64,000 nt of DNA from Eledone cirrhosa. Its lineage: Eukaryota. The notes beneath the pieces were generated by a model that ran no database searches, was not told the origin of the DNA, and saw only the letters and a program-made list of their open reading frames with translations. Position 1 is the first letter of the stretch. Every line of letters begins with the position of its first letter. The position numbers and the translations under genes were made by a program. The stretch is from positions 367,288,001 to 367,352,000 of the forward strand of contig OZ024741.1 in NCBI GenBank assembly GCA_964016885.1. Reading direction: 5' to 3'. This document shows, in pieces, positions 36,901-51,900 of the stretch.

Positions 36901-39900
36901 TCTGTGTATCTGTCTGTGTATCTTTATGGGTATCTGTCTGTGTATCTGTCTGTGTATCTGTCTGTGTTTCTGTATGTGTATCTGTATGTGTATCTGTCTG
37001 TGTATCTGTCTGTGTATCGGTCTGTGTATCTGTATGTGTATCTGTCTGTGTATCTGTATGTGTATCTGTCTGTGTTTCTGTATGTGTATCTGTCTGTGTA
37101 TCTGTATGTGTATCTGCCTGTCTTTCTGTATGTGTATCTGTATGTGTATCTGTCTGTGTATCTGTTTATGTGTATCTGTCTGTGTATCTGTATGTGTATC
37201 TGTATGTGTATCTGTCTGTGTATCTGTATGTGTATCTGTCTGTCTATCTGTCTGTGTATCTGTATGTGTATCTGTCTGTGTTTCTGTATGTGTATCTGTC
37301 TGTGTATCTGTATGTGTATCTGTCTGTGTTTCTGTATGTGTATCTGTATGTGTATCTGTCTGTGTATCTGTATGTGTATCTGTCTGTGTATCTGTATGTG
37401 TATCTGTATGTGTATCTGTATGTGTTTCTGTATGTGTATCTGTATGTGTATCTGTCTGTGTATCTGTCTGTGTATCTGTATGTGTATCTGTCTGTGTCTC
37501 TGTCTGTGTCTCTGTCTGTGTCTCTGTCTGTGTATCTGTATGTGTATCTGTCCGTGTATCTGTCTGTGTTTCTGTCTGTGTATCTGTCTGTGTATCTGTA
37601 TGTGTATCTGTATGTGTCTCTGTCTGTGTCTTTGTCTGTGTCTCTGTCTGTGTCTCTGTCTGTGTATCTGTATGTGTATCTGTCTGTGTATCTGTATGTG
37701 TATCTGTATGTGTATCTGTCTGTGTATCTGTATGTGTATCTGTCTGTGTATCTGTATGTGTATCTGTATGTGTATCTGTCTGTGTATCTGTATGTGTATC
37801 TGTCTGTGTATCTGTATGTGTATCTGTCTGTGTTTCTGTATGTGTATCTGTCTGTGTATCTGTCTGTGTATCTGTCTGTGTATCTGTCTGTGTTTCTGTA
37901 TGTGTATCTGTATGTGTATCTGTCTGTGTATCTGTATGTGTATCTGTCTGTGTATCTGTATGTTTATCTGTATGTGTATCTGTATGTGTTTCTGTATGTG
38001 TATCTGTATGTGTATCTGTCAGTGTATCTGTCTGTGTATCTGTATGTGTATCTGTCTGTGTGTATCTGTCTGTGTATCTGTCTGTGTATCTGTCTGTGTA
38101 TCTGTCTGTGTATCTGTCTGTGTATCTGTCTGTGTATCTGTCTGTGTATCTGTCTGTATATCTGTCTGTGTATCTGTATGTGTATCTGTCTGTGTATCTG
38201 TCTGTGTATCTGTCTGTGTATCTGTCTGTGTATCTGTCTGTGTATCTGTATGTGTATCTGTATGTGTATCTGTATGTGTATCTGTCTGTGTATCTGTATG
38301 TGTATCTGTCTGTGTATCTGTCTGTGTATCTGTATGTGTATCTGTCTGTGTATCTGTCTGTGTGTCTGTCTGTGTCTCTGTCTGTGTCTCTGTCTGTGTC
38401 TGTGTATCTGTCTGTGTATCTGTCTGTGTATCTGTCTGTGTATCTGTCTGTGTATCTGTCTGTGTTTCTGTCTGTGTATCTGTCTGTGTATCTGTCTGTG
38501 TATCTGTCTGTGTATCTGTATGTGTATCTGTCTGTGTATCTGTCTGTCCTTCTGTATGTGTATCTGTCTGTGTATCTGTCTGTGTATCTTTATGGGTATC
38601 TGTCTGTGTATCTGTCTGTGTATCTGTCTGTGTTTCTGTATGTGTATCTGTATGTGTATCTGTCTGTGTATCTGTCTGTGTATCGGTCTGTGTATCTGTA
38701 TGTGTATCTGTCTGTGTATCTGTATGTGTATCTGTCTGTGTTTCTGTATGTGTATCTGTCTGTGTATCTGTATGTGTATCTGCCTGTCTTTCTGTATGTG
38801 TATCTGTATGTGTATCTGTCTGTGTATCTGTTTATGTGTATCTGTCTGTGTATCTGTATGTGTATCTGTATGTGTATCTGTCTGTGTATCTGTATGTGTA
38901 TCTGTCTGTCTATCTGTCTGTGTATCTGTATGTGTATCTGTCTGTGTTTCTGTATGTGTATCTGTCTGTGTATCTGTATGTGTATCTGTCTGTGTTTCTG
39001 TATGTGTATCTGTATGTGTATCTGTCTGTGTATCTGTATGTGTATCTGTCTGTGTATCTGTATGTGTATCTGTATGTGTATCTGTATGTGTTTCTGTATG
39101 TGTATCTGTATGTGTATCTGTCTGTGTATCTGTCTGTGTATCTGTATGTGTATCTGTCTGTGTCTCTGTCTGTGTCTCTGTCTGTGTCTCTGTCTGTGTA
39201 TCTGTATGTGTATCTGTCCGTGTATCTGTCTGTGTTTCTGTCTGTGTATCTGTCTGTGTATCTGTATGTGTATCTGTATGTGTCTCTGTCTGTGTCTTTG
39301 TCTGTGTCTCTGTCTGTGTCTCTGTCTGTGTATCTGTATGTGTATCTGTCTGTGTATCTGTATGTGTATCTGTATGTGTATCTGTCTGTGTATCTGTATG
39401 TGTATCTGTCTGTGTATCTGTATGTGTATCTGTATGTGTATCTGTCTGTGTATCTGTATGTGTATCTGTCTGTGTATCTGTATGTGTATCTGTCTGTGTT
39501 TCTGTATGTGTATCTGTCTGTGTATCTGTATGTGTATCTGTCTGTGTATCTGTATGTGTATCTGTCTGTGTTTCTGTATGTGTATCTGTATGTTTATCTG
39601 TATGTGTATCTGTCTGTGTATCTGTATGTGTATCTGTATGTGTATCTGTATGTGTTTCTGTATGTGTATCTGTATGTGTATCTGTCTGTGTATCTGTCTG
39701 TGTATCTGTATGTGTATCTGTCTGTGTGTATCTGTCTGTGTATCTGTCTGTGTATCTGTCTGTGTATCTGTCTGTGTATCTGTATGTGTATCTGTCTGTG
39801 TATCTGTCTGTGTATCTGTATGTGTATCTGTCTGTGTATCTGTATGTGTATCTGTCTGTGTCTCTGTCTGTGTCTCTGTCTGTGTCTCTGTCTGTGTATC

Positions 39901-42900
39901 TGTATGTGTATCTGTCCGTGTATCTGTCTGTGTTTCTGTCTGTGTATCTGTATGTGTATCTGTATGTGTCTCTGTCTGTGTCTCTGTCTGTGTCTCTGTC
40001 TGTGTCTCTGTCTGTGTATCTGTATGTGTATCTGTCTGTGTATCTGTATGTGTATCTGTCTGTGTCTCTGTCTGTGTCTCTGTCTGTGTCTATGTCTGTG
40101 TATCTGTATGTGTATCTGTCCGTGTATCTGTCTGTGTTTCTGTCTGTGTATCTGTATGTGTATCTGTATGTGTCTCTGTCTGTGTCTCTGTCTGTGTCTC
40201 TGTCTGTGTATCTGTATGTGTATCTGTCTGTGTATCTGTATGTGTATCTGTATGTGTATCTGTCTGTGTATCTGTATGTGTATCTGTCTGTGTATCTGTA
40301 TGTGTATCTGTATGTGTATCTGTCTGTGTATCTGTATGTGTATCTGTCTGTGTATCTGTCTGTGTATCTGTCTGTGTATCTGTCTGTGTTTCTGTATGTG
40401 TATCTGTATGTGTATCTGTATGTGTATCTGTCTGTGTATCTGTATGTGTATCTGTATGTGTATCTGTATGTGTTTCTGTATGTGTATCTGTATGTGTATC
40501 TGTCTGTGTATCTGTCTGTGTATCTGTCTGTGTATCTGTCTGTGTATCTGTCTGTGTATCTGTCTGTGTATCTGTATGTGTATCTGTCTGTGTATCTGTC
40601 TGTGTATCTGTATGTGTATCTGTCTGTGTATCTGTCTGTGTATCTGTCTGTGTATCTGTATGTGTATCTGTATGTGTATCTGTATGTGTATCTGTTTGTG
40701 TTTCTGTATGAGTATCTGTCTGTGTATCTGTATGTGTATCTGTCTGTGTCTCTGTCTGTGTCTCTGTCTGTGTCTCTGTCTGTGTATCTGTATGTGTATA
40801 TGTCGTGTATCTGTCTGTGTTTCTGTCTGTGTATCTGTATGTGTATCTGTATGTGTCTCTGTCTGTGTCTCTGTCTGTGTCTCTGTCTGTGTCTCTGTCT
40901 GTGTATCTGTATGTGTATCTGTCTGTGTATCTGTATGTGTATCTGTATGTGTATCTGTATGTGTATCTGACTGTGTATCTGTATGTGTATCTGTCTGTGT
41001 ATCTGTATGTGTATCTGTCTGTGTATCTGTATGTGTATCTGTCTGTGTATCTGTATGTGTATCTGTCTGTGTATCTGTATGTGTATCTGTCTGTGTATCT
41101 GTCTGTGTATCTGTCTGTGTATCTGTATGTGTATCTGTCTGTGTATCTGTCTGTGTATCTGTCTGTGTATCTGTATGTGTCTCGGTCTGTGTATCTGTCT
41201 GTGTATCTGTATGTGTATCTGTATCTGTATCTGTCTGTGTATCTGTATGTGTATCTGTCTGTGTATCTGTCTGTGTATCTGTATGTGTATCTGTATGTGT
41301 CTCTGTCTGTGTATCTGTCTGTGTATCTGTATGTGTATCTGTCTGTGTATCTGTATGTGTATCTGTATGTGTATCTGTATGTGTATCTGTTTGTGTTTCT
41401 GTATGTGTATCTGTCTGTGTATCTGTATGTGTATATGTCTGTGTCTCTGTCTGTGTCTCTGTCTGTGTATCTGTCTGTGTATCTGTATGTGTATCTGTAT
41501 GTGTATCTGTATGTGTATCTGTATGTGTATCTGTTTGTGTTTCTGTATGTGTATCTGTCTGTGTATCTGTATGTGTATCTGTCTGTGTCTCTGTCTGTGT
41601 CTCTGTCTGTGTCTCTGTCTGTGTATCTGTCTGTGTCTCTGTCTGTGTCTCTGTCTGTGTCTCTGTCTGTGTATCTGTCTGTGTATCTGTCTGTGTATCT
41701 GTATGTGTATCTGTCTGTGTATCTGTCTGTGTTTCGGTCTGTGTATCTGTATGTGTATCTGTCTGTGTCTCTGTCTGTGTCTCTGTCTGTGTCTCTGTCT
41801 GTGTATCTGTCTGTGTATCTGTCTGTGTATCTGTCTGTGTATCTGTCTGTCTATTTCTCTGTGTATCTGTCTGTGTATCTGTCTGTGTATCTGTATGTGT
41901 ATCTGTCTGTGTATCTGTCTGTGTTTCTGTCTGTGTATCTGTATGTGTATCTGTATGTGTCTCTGTCTGTGTCTCTGTCTGTGTCTCTGTCTGTGTCTCT
42001 GTCTGTGTGTCTGTATGTGTATCTGTCTGTGTATCTGTCTGTGTATCTGTCTGTGTATCTGTCTGTGTATCTGTCTGTGTATCTGTATGTGTATCTGTCT
42101 GTGTCTGTGTATCTGTCTGTTTATCTGTCTGTGTATCTGTCTGTGTATCTGTCTGGGTATCTGTATGTGTATCTGTATGTGTCTCTGTCTGTGTATCTGT
42201 CTGTGTTCCTGTATGTGTATCTGTCTGTGTATCTGTATGTGTATCTGTCTGTGTATCTGTCTGTGTATCTGTCTGTGTCTCTGTCTGTGTCTCTGTCTGT
42301 GTCTCTGTCTGTGTATCTGTCTGTGTCTCTGTCTGTGTCTCTGTCTGTGTCTCTGTCTGTGTATCTGTCTGTGTTCCTGTCTGTGTATCTGTCCGTGCCT
42401 CTGTCTGTGTCTCTGTCTGTGTCTCTGTCTGTGTATTTGTATGTGTATCTGTCTGTGTATCTGTATGTGTATCTGTCTGTGTATCTGTCTGTGTATCTGT
42501 ATGTGTATATGTATGTGTCTCTGTCTGTGTATCTGTATGTGTATCTGTCTGTGTATCTGTATGTGTATCTGTCTGTGTATCTGTATGTGTATCTGTCTGT
42601 GTATCTGTCTGTGTATCTGTCTGTGTATCTGTCTGTGTATCTGTCTCTGTATCTGTCTGTGTATCTGTCTGTGTATCTTTATGTGTATCTGTATGTGTAT
42701 CTGTCTGTGTATCTGTCTGTGTATCTGTCTGTGTTCCTGTATGTGTATCTGTCTGTGTATCTGTCTGTGTATCTGTCTGTGTATCTGTCTTTGTATCTGT
42801 CTGTGTATCTGTCTGTGTCTCTGTCTGTGTCTCTGTCTGTGACTCTGTCTGTGTATCTGTATGTGTATCTGTCTGTGTATCTGTCTGTGCATCTGTCTGT

Positions 42901-45900
42901 GTATCTGTCTGTGTATCTGTATGTGTATCTGTCTGTGTATCTGTCTGTGTATCTGTCTGTGTATCTGTCTGTGTATCTCTCTGTGTATCTGTCTGTGTAT
43001 CTGTATGTGTATCTGTATGTGTATCTGTATGTGTCTCTGTCTGTGTCTCTGTCTGTGTCTCTGTCTGTGTCTCTGTCTGTGTGTCTGTATGTGTATCTGT
43101 CTGTGTATCTGTCTGTGTATCTGTCTGTGTATCTGTCTGTGTATCTGTCTGTGTATCTGTATGTGTATCTGTCTGTGTCTGTGTATCTGTCTGTTTATCT
43201 GTCTGTGTATCTGTCTGTGTATCTGTCTGGGTATCTGTATGTGTATCTGTATGTGTCTCTGTCTGTGTATCTGTCTGTGTTCCTGTATGTGTATCTGTCT
43301 GTGTATCTGTATGTGTATCTGTCTGTGTATCTGTCTGTGTATCTGTCTGTGTCTCTGTCTGTGTCTCTGTCTGTGTATCTGTATGTGTATCTGTCTGTGT
43401 ATCTGTATGTGTATCTGTCTGTGTATCTGTATGTGTATCTGTCTGTGTATCTGTCTGTGTATCTGTCTGTGTATCTGTATGTGTATCTGTCTGTGTATCT
43501 GTCTGTGTATCTGTCTGTGTATCTGTATGTGTCTCGGTCTGTGTATCTGTCTGTGTATCTGTATGTGTATCTGTATCTGTATCTGTCTGTGTATCTGTAT
43601 GTGTATCTGTCTGTGTATCTGTCTGTGTATCTGTATGTGTATCTGTATGTGTCTCTGTCTGTGTATCTGTCTGTGTATCTGTATGTGTATCTGTCTGTGT
43701 ATCTGTATGTGTATCTGTATGTGTATCTGTATGTGTATCTGTTTGTGTTTCTGTATGTGTATCTGTCTGTGTATCTGTATGTGTATATGTCTGTGTCTCT
43801 GTCTGTGTCTCTGTCTGTGTATCTGTCTGTGTATCTGTATGTGTATCTGTATGTGTATCTGTATGTGTATCTGTATGTGTATCTGTTTGTGTTTCTGTAT
43901 GTGTATCTGTCTGTGTATCTGTATGTGTATCTGTCTGTGTCTCTGTCTGTGTCTCTGTCTGTGTCTCTGTCTGTGTATCTGTCTGTGTCTCTGTCTGTGT
44001 CTCTGTCTGTGTCTCTGTCTGTGTATCTGTCTGTGTATCTGTCTGTGTATCTGTATGTGTATCTGTCTGTGTATCTGTCTGTGTTTCGGTCTGTGTATCT
44101 GTATGTGTATCTGTCTGTGTCTCTGTCTGTGTCTCTGTCTGTGTCTCTGTCTGTGTATCTGTCTGTGTATCTGTCTGTGTATCTGTCTGTGTATCTGTCT
44201 GTCTATTTGTCTGTGTATCTGTCTGTGTATCTGTCTGTGTATCTGTATGTGTATCTGTCTGTGTATCTGTCTGTGTTTCTGTCTGTGTATCTGTATGTGT
44301 ATCTGTATGTGTCTCTGTCTGTGTCTCTGTCTGTGTCTCTGTCTGTGTCTCTGTCTGTGTGTCTGTATGTGTATCTGTCTGTGTATCTGTCTGTGTATCT
44401 GTCTGTGTATCTGTCTGTGTATCTGTCTGTGTATCTGTATGTGTATCTGTCTGTGTCTGTGTATCTGTCTGTTTATCTGTCTGTGTATCTGTCTGTGTAT
44501 CTGTCTGGGTATCTGTATGTGTATCTGTATGTGTCTCTGTCAATGTATCTGTCTGTGTTCCTGTATGTGTATCTGTCTGTGTATCTGTCTGTGTATCTGT
44601 CTGTGTATCTGTCTGTGTCTCTGTCTGTGTCTCTGTCTGTGTCTCTGTCTGTGTCTCTGTCTGTGTCTCTGTCTGTGTATCTGTATGTGTATCTGTCTGT
44701 GTATCTGTCTGTGTATCTGTCTGTGTATCTGTATGTGTCTCTGTCTGTGTCTCTGTCTGTGTATCTGTCTTTGTATCTGTCTGTGTATCTGTATGTGTAT
44801 CTGTATGTGTATATGTCTGTGTATCTGTATGTGTATCTGTCTGTGTATCTGTATGTGTATCTGTATGTGTATCTGTCTGTGTATCTGTCTGTGTATCTGT
44901 ATGTGTATCTGTCTGTGTATCTGTCTGTGTATCTGTCTGTGTATCTGTATGTGTATCTGTCTGTGTATCTGTCTGTGTATCTGTATGTGTATCTGTCTGT
45001 GTATCTGTATGTGTATCTGTCTGTGTATCTGTCTGTGTCTCTGTCTGTGTCTCTGTCTGTGTATCTGTATGTGTATCTGTCTGTGTCTGTGTATCTGTCT
45101 GTGTATCTGTCTGTGTATCTGTCTGTGTATCTCTATGTGTATCTGTATGTGTCTCTGTCTGTGTATCTGTATGTGTATCTGTATGTGTATCTGTCTGTGT
45201 ATCTGTCTGTTTATCTGTCTGTGTCTCTGTCTGTGTCTCTCTCTGTGTATCTGTCTGTGTTCCTGTCTGTGTATCTGTCCGTGCCTCTGTCTGTGTCTCT
45301 GTCTGTGTCTCTGTCTGTGTATTTGTATGTGTATCTGTCTGTGTATCTGTATGTGTATCTGTCTGTGTATCTGTCTGTGTATCTGTATGTGTATATGTAT
45401 GTGTCTCTGTCTGTGTATCTGTATGTGTATCTGTCTGTGTATCTGTATGTGTATCTGTCTGTGTATCTGTATGTGTATCTGTCTGTGTATCTGTCTGTGT
45501 ATCTGTCTGTGTATCTGTCTGTGTATCTGTCTCTGTATCTGTCTGTGTATCTGTCTGTGTATCTTTATGTGTATCTGTATGTGTATCTGTCTGTGTATCT
45601 GTCTGTGTATCTGTCTGTGTTCCTGTATGTGTATCTGTCTGTGTATATGTCTGTGTATCTGTCTGTGTATCTGTCTGTGTATCTGTCTGTGTATCTGTCT
45701 GTGTCTCTGTCTGTGTCTCTGTCTGTGACTCTGTCTGTGTATCTGTATGTGTATCTGTCTGTGTATCTGTCTGTGCATCTGTCTGTGTATCTGTCTGTGT
45801 ATCTGTATGTGTATCTGTCTGTGTATCTGTCTGTGTATCTGTCTGTGTATCTGTCTGTGTATCTCTCTGTGTATCTGTCTGTGTATCTGTATGTGTATCT

Positions 45901-48900
45901 GTATGTGTATCTGTCTGTGTATCTGTCTGTGTATCTGTCTGTGTCTCTGTCTGTGTATCTCTCTGTGTATCTGTCTGTGTATCTGTCTGTGTATCTGTCT
46001 GTGTATCTGTCTGTGTATCTGTATGTGTATCTGTCTGTGTATCTGTCTGTGTATCTCTCTGTGTATCTGTCTGTGTATCTGTCTGTGTCTCTGTCTCTGT
46101 ATCTGTATGTGTATCTGTATGTGTATCTGTCTGTGTATCTGTCTGTGTATCTGTATGTGTCTCTGTCTGTGTCTCTGTCTGTGTATCTGTCTGTGTATCT
46201 GTCTGTGTATCTGTATGTGTATCTGTATGTGTATCTGTCTGTGTATCTGTATGTGTATCTGTCTGTGTATCTGTATGTGTATCTGTATGTGTATCTGTCT
46301 GTGTATCTGTCTGTGTATCTGTCTGTGTATCTGTCTGTGTATCTGTCTGTGTATCTGTATGTGTATCTGTCTGTGTATCTGTCTGTGTATCTGTATGTGT
46401 ATCTGTCTGTGTATCTGTATGTGTATCTGTCTGTGTCTCTGTCTGTGTATCTGTCTGTGTATCTGTATGTGTATCTGTCTGTGTCTGTGTATCTGTCTGT
46501 GTATCTGTCTGTGTATCTGTCTGTGTATCTGTATGTGTATCTGTCTGTGTATCTGTCTGTGTATCTGTCTGTGTCTCTGTCTGTGTCTCTGTCTGTGTCT
46601 CTGTCTGTGTATCTGTCTGTGTTCCTGTCTGTGTATCTGTCTGTGTCTCTGTCTGTGTCTCTGTCTGTGTCTCTGTCTGTGTATTTGTATGTGTATCTGT
46701 CTGTGTATCTGTATGTGTATCTGTCTGTGTATCTGTCTGTGTATCTGTATGTGTATATGTATGTGTCTCTGTCTGTGTATCTGTATGTGTATCTGTCTGT
46801 GTATTTGTATGTGTATCTGTCTGTGTATCTGTATGTGTATCTGTCTGTGTATCTGTCTGTGTATCTGTCTGTGTATCTGTCTGTGTATCTGTCTGTGTAT
46901 CTGTCTGTGTATCTGTCTGTGTATCTGTATGTGTATATGTATGCGTATCTGTCTGTGTATCTGTCTGTGTATCTGTCTGTGTATCTGTCTGTGTTCATGT
47001 ATGTGTATCTGTCTGTGTATCTGTATGTGTATCTGTCTGTGTATCTGTCTGTGTATCTGTCTGTGTATCTGTATGTGTATCTGTCTGTGTATCTGTATGT
47101 GTATCTGTATGTGTATCTGTATGTGTATCTGTCTGTTTATCTGTCTGTGTATATGTCTGTGTATCTGCCTGTGTATCTGTCTGTGTATCTGTATGTGTAT
47201 CTGTCTGTGTATCTGTATGTGTATCTGTCTGTGTATCTGTCTGTGTATCTGTATGTGTATCTGTCTGTGTATCTGTCTGTGTATCTGTCTGTGTCTCTGT
47301 CTGTGTCTCTGTCTGTGTATCTGTATGTGTATCTGTATGTGTATCTGTCAATGTATCTGTCTGTGTCTCTGTCTGTGTATCTGTATGTGTATCTGTCTGT
47401 GTATCTGTCTGTGTATCTGTCTGTGTCTCTGTCTGTGTCTCTGTCTGTGTCTCTGTCTGTGTCTCTGTCTGTGTATCTGTATGTGTATCTGTCTGTGTAT
47501 CTGTCTGTGTATCTGTCTGTGTATCTGTATGTGTCTCTGTCTGTGTCTCTGGCTGTGTATCTGTCTTTGTATCTGTCTGTGTATCTGTATGTGTATCTGT
47601 ATGTGTATATGTCTGTGTATCTGTATGTGTATCTGTCTGTGTATCTGTATGTGTATCTGTATGTGTATCTGTCTGTGTATCTGTCTGTGTATCTGTATGT
47701 GTATCTGTCTGTGTATCTGTCTGTGTATCTGTCTGTGTATCTGTATGTGTATCTGTCTGTGTATCTGTCTGTGTATCTGTATGTGTATCTGTCTGTGTAT
47801 CTGTATGTGTATCTGTCTGTGTATCTGTCTGTGTCTCTGTCTGTGTCTCTGTCTGTGTATCTGTATGTGTATCTGTCTGTGTCTGTGTATCTGTCTGTGT
47901 ATCTGTATGTGTCTCTGTCTGTGTCTCTGTCTGTGTATCTGTCTGTGTTCCTGTCTGTGTATCTGTCCGTGCCTCTGTCTGTGTCTCTGTCTGTGTCTCT
48001 GTCTGTGTATTTGTATGTGTATCTGTCTGTGTATCTGTATGTGTATCTGTCTGTGTATCTGTCTGTGTAGCTGTATGTGTATATGTATGTGTCTCTGTCT
48101 GTGTATCTGTATGTGTATCTGTCTGTGTATCTGTATGTGTATCTGTCTGTGTATCTGTATGTGTATCTGTCTGTGTATCTGTCTGTGTATCTGTCTGTGT
48201 ATCTGTCTGTGTATCTGTCTCTGTATCTGTCTGTGTATCTGTCTGTGTATCTTTATGTGTATCTGTATGTGTATCTGTCTGTGTATCTGTCTGTGTATCT
48301 GTCTGTGTTCCTGTATGTGTATCTGTCTGTGTATCTGTCTGTGTATCTGTCTGTGTATCTGTCTGTGTATCTGTCTGTGTCTCTGTCTGTGTCTCTGTCT
48401 GTGTCTCTGTCTGTGTATCTGTATGTGTATCTGTCTGTGTATCTGTCTGTGCATCTGTCTGTGTATCTGTCTGTGTATCTGTATGTGTATCTGTCTGTGT
48501 ATCTGTCTGTGTATCTGTCTGTGTATCTGTCTGTGTATCTCTCTGTGTATCTGTCTGTGTATCTGTATGTGTATCTGTATGTGTATCTGTCTGTGTATCT
48601 GTCTGTGTATCTGTCTGTGTCTCTGTCTGTGTATCTCTCTGTGTATCTGTCTGTGTATCTGTCTGTGTATCTGTCTGTGTATCTGTCTGTGTATCTGTCT
48701 GTGTATCTGTCTGTGTATCTGTCTGTGTATCTGTCTGTGTATCTGTCTGTGTATCTGTCTGTGTATCTGTATGTGTATCTGTCTGTGTATCTGTCTGTGT
48801 ATCTGTCTGTGTATCTGTCTGTGTATCTGTCTGTGTCTCTGTCTCTGTATCTGTATGTGTATCTGTATGTGTATCTGTCTGTGTATCTGTCTGTGTATCT

Positions 48901-51900
48901 GTATGTGTCTCTGTCTGTGTCTCTGTCTGTGTATCTGTCTGTGTATCTGTCTGTGTATCTGTATGTGTATCTGTATGTGTATCTGTCTGTGTATCTGTAT
49001 GTGTATCTGTCTGTGTATCTGTATGTGTATCTGTATGTGTATCTGTCTGTGTATCTGTCTGTGTATCTGTCTGTGTATCTGTCTGTGTATCTGTCTGTGT
49101 ATCTGTATGTGTATCTGTCTGTGTATCTGTCTGTGTATCTGTATGTGTATCTGTCTGTGTATCTGTATGTGTATCTGTCTGTGTCTCTGTCTGTGTATCT
49201 GTCTGTGTATCTGTATGTGTATCTGTCTGTGTCTGTGTATCTGTCTGTGTATCTGTCTGTGTATCTGTCTGTGTATCTGTATGTGTATCTGTCTGTGTAT
49301 CTGTCTGTGTATCTGTCTGTGTCTCTGTCTGTGTCTCTGTCTGTGTCTCTGTCTGTGTATCTGTCTGTGTTCCTGTCTGTGTATCTGTCTGTGTCTCTGT
49401 CTGTGTCTCTTTCTGTGTCTCTGTCTGTGTATTTGTATGTGTATCTGTCTGTGTATCTGTATGTGTATCTGTCTGTGTATCTGTCTGTGTATCTGTATGT
49501 GTATCTGTCTGTGTATCTGTCTGTGTATCTGTCTGTGTATCTGTCTGTGTCTCTGTCTGTGTCTCTGTCTGTGTCTCTGTCTGTGTATCTGTCTGTGTTC
49601 CTGTCTGTGTATTTGTCTGTGTCTCTGTCTGTGTCTCTGTCTGTGTCTCTGTCTGTGTATTTGTATGTGTATCTGTCTGTGTATCTGTATGTGTATCTGT
49701 CTGTGTATCTGTCTGTGTATCTGTATGTGTATATGTATGTGTCTCTGTCTGTGTATCTGTATGTGTATCTGTCTGTGTATTTGTATGTGTATCTGTCTGT
49801 GTATCTGTATGTGTATCTGTCTGTGTATCTGTCTGTGTATCTGTCTGTGTATCTGTCTGTGTATCTGTCTGTGTATCTGTCTGTGTATCTGTCTGTGTAT
49901 CTGTATGTGTATATGTATGCGTATCTGTCTGTGTATCTGTCTGTGTATCTGTCTGTGTATCTGTCTGTGTTCATGTATGTGTATCTGTCTGTGTATCTGT
50001 ATGTGTATCTGTCTGTGTATCTGTCTGTGTATCTGTCTGTGTATCTGTATGTGTATCTGTCTGTGTATCTGTATGTGTATCTGTATGTGTATCTGTATGT
50101 GTATCTGTCTGTTTATCTGTCTGTGTATATGTCTGTGTATCTGCCTGTGTATCTGTCTGTGTATCTGTATGTGTATCTGTCTGTGTATCTGTATGTGTAT
50201 CTGTCTGTGTATCTGTCTGTGTATCTGTATGTGTATCTGTCTGTGTATCTGTCTGTGTATCTGTCTGTGTCTCTGTCTGTGTCTCTGTCTGTGTATCTGT
50301 ATGTGTATCTGTATGTGTATCTGTCAATGTATCTGTCTGTGTCTCTGTCTGTGTATCTGTATGTGTATCTGTCTGTGTATCTGTCTGTGTATCTGTCTGT
50401 GTCTCTGTCTGTGTCTCTGTCTGTGTCTCTGTCTGTGTCTCTGTCTGTGTCTCTGTCTGTGTATCTGTATGTGTATCTGTCTGTGTATCTGTCTGTGTAT
50501 CTGTCTGTGTATCTGTATGTGTCTCTGTCTGTGTCTCTGGCTGTGTATCTGTCTTTGTATCTGTCTGTGTATCTGTATGTGTATCTGTATGTGTATATGT
50601 CTGTGTATCTGTATGTGTATCTGTCTGTGTATCTGTATGTGTATCTGTATGTGTATCTGTCTGTGTATCTGTCTGTGTATCTGTATGTGTATCTGTCTGT
50701 GTATCTGTCTGTGTATCTGTCTGTGTATCTGTATGTGTATCTGTCTGTGTATCTGTCTGTGTATCTGTATGTGTATCTGTCTGTGTATCTGTATGTGTAT
50801 CTGTCTGTGTATCTGTCTGTGTCTCTGTCTGTGTCTCTGTCTGTGTATCTGTATGTGTATCTGTCTGTGTCTGTGTATCTGTCTGTGTATCTGTATGTGT
50901 CTCTGTCTGTGTCTCTGTCTGTGTATCTGTCTGTGTTCCTGTCTGTGTATCTGTCCGTGCCTCTGTCTGTGTCTCTGTCTGTGTCTCTGTCTGTGTATTT
51001 GTATGTGTATCTGTCTGTGTATCTGTATGTGTATCTGTCTGTGTATCTGTCTGTGTAGCTGTATGTGTATATGTATGTGTCTCTGTCTGTGTATCTGTAT
51101 GTGTATCTGTCTGTGTATCTGTATGTGTATCTGTCTGTGTATCTGTATGTGTATCTGTCTGTGTATCTGTCTGTGTATCTGTCTGTGTATCTGTCTGTGT
51201 ATCTGTCTCTGTATCTGTCTGTGTATCTGTCTGTGTATCTTTATGTGTATCTGTATGTGTATCTGTCTGTGTATCTGTCTGTGTATCTGTCTGTGTTCCT
51301 GTATGTGTATCTGTCTGTGTATCTGTCTGTGTATCTGTCTGTGTATCTGTCTGTGTATCTGTCTGTGTATCTGTCTGTGTCTCTGTCTGTGTCTCTGTCT
51401 GTGTCTCTGTCTGTGTATCTGTATGTGTATCTGTCTGTGTATCTGTCTGTGCATCTGTCTGTGTATCTGTCTGTGTATCTGTATGTGTATCTGTCTGTGT
51501 ATCTGTCTGTGTATCTGTCTGTGTATCTGTCTGTGTATCTCTCTGTGTATCTGTCTGTGTATCTGTATGTGTATCTGTATGTGTATCTGTCTGTGTATCT
51601 GTCTGTGTATCTGTCTGTGTCTCTGTCTGTGTATCTCTCTGTGTATCTGTCTGTGTATCTGTCTGTGTATCTGTCTGTGTATCTGTCTGTGTATCTGTCT
51701 GTGTATCTGTCTGTGTATCTGTCTGTGTATCTGTCTGTGTATCTGTCTGTGTATCTGTCTGTGTATCTGTATGTGTATCTGTCTGTGTATCTGTCTGTGT
51801 ATCTGTCTGTGTATCTGTCTGTGTATCTGTCTGTGTCTCTGTCTCTGTATCTGTATGTGTATCTGTATGTGTATCTGTCTGTGTATCTGTCTGTGTATCT

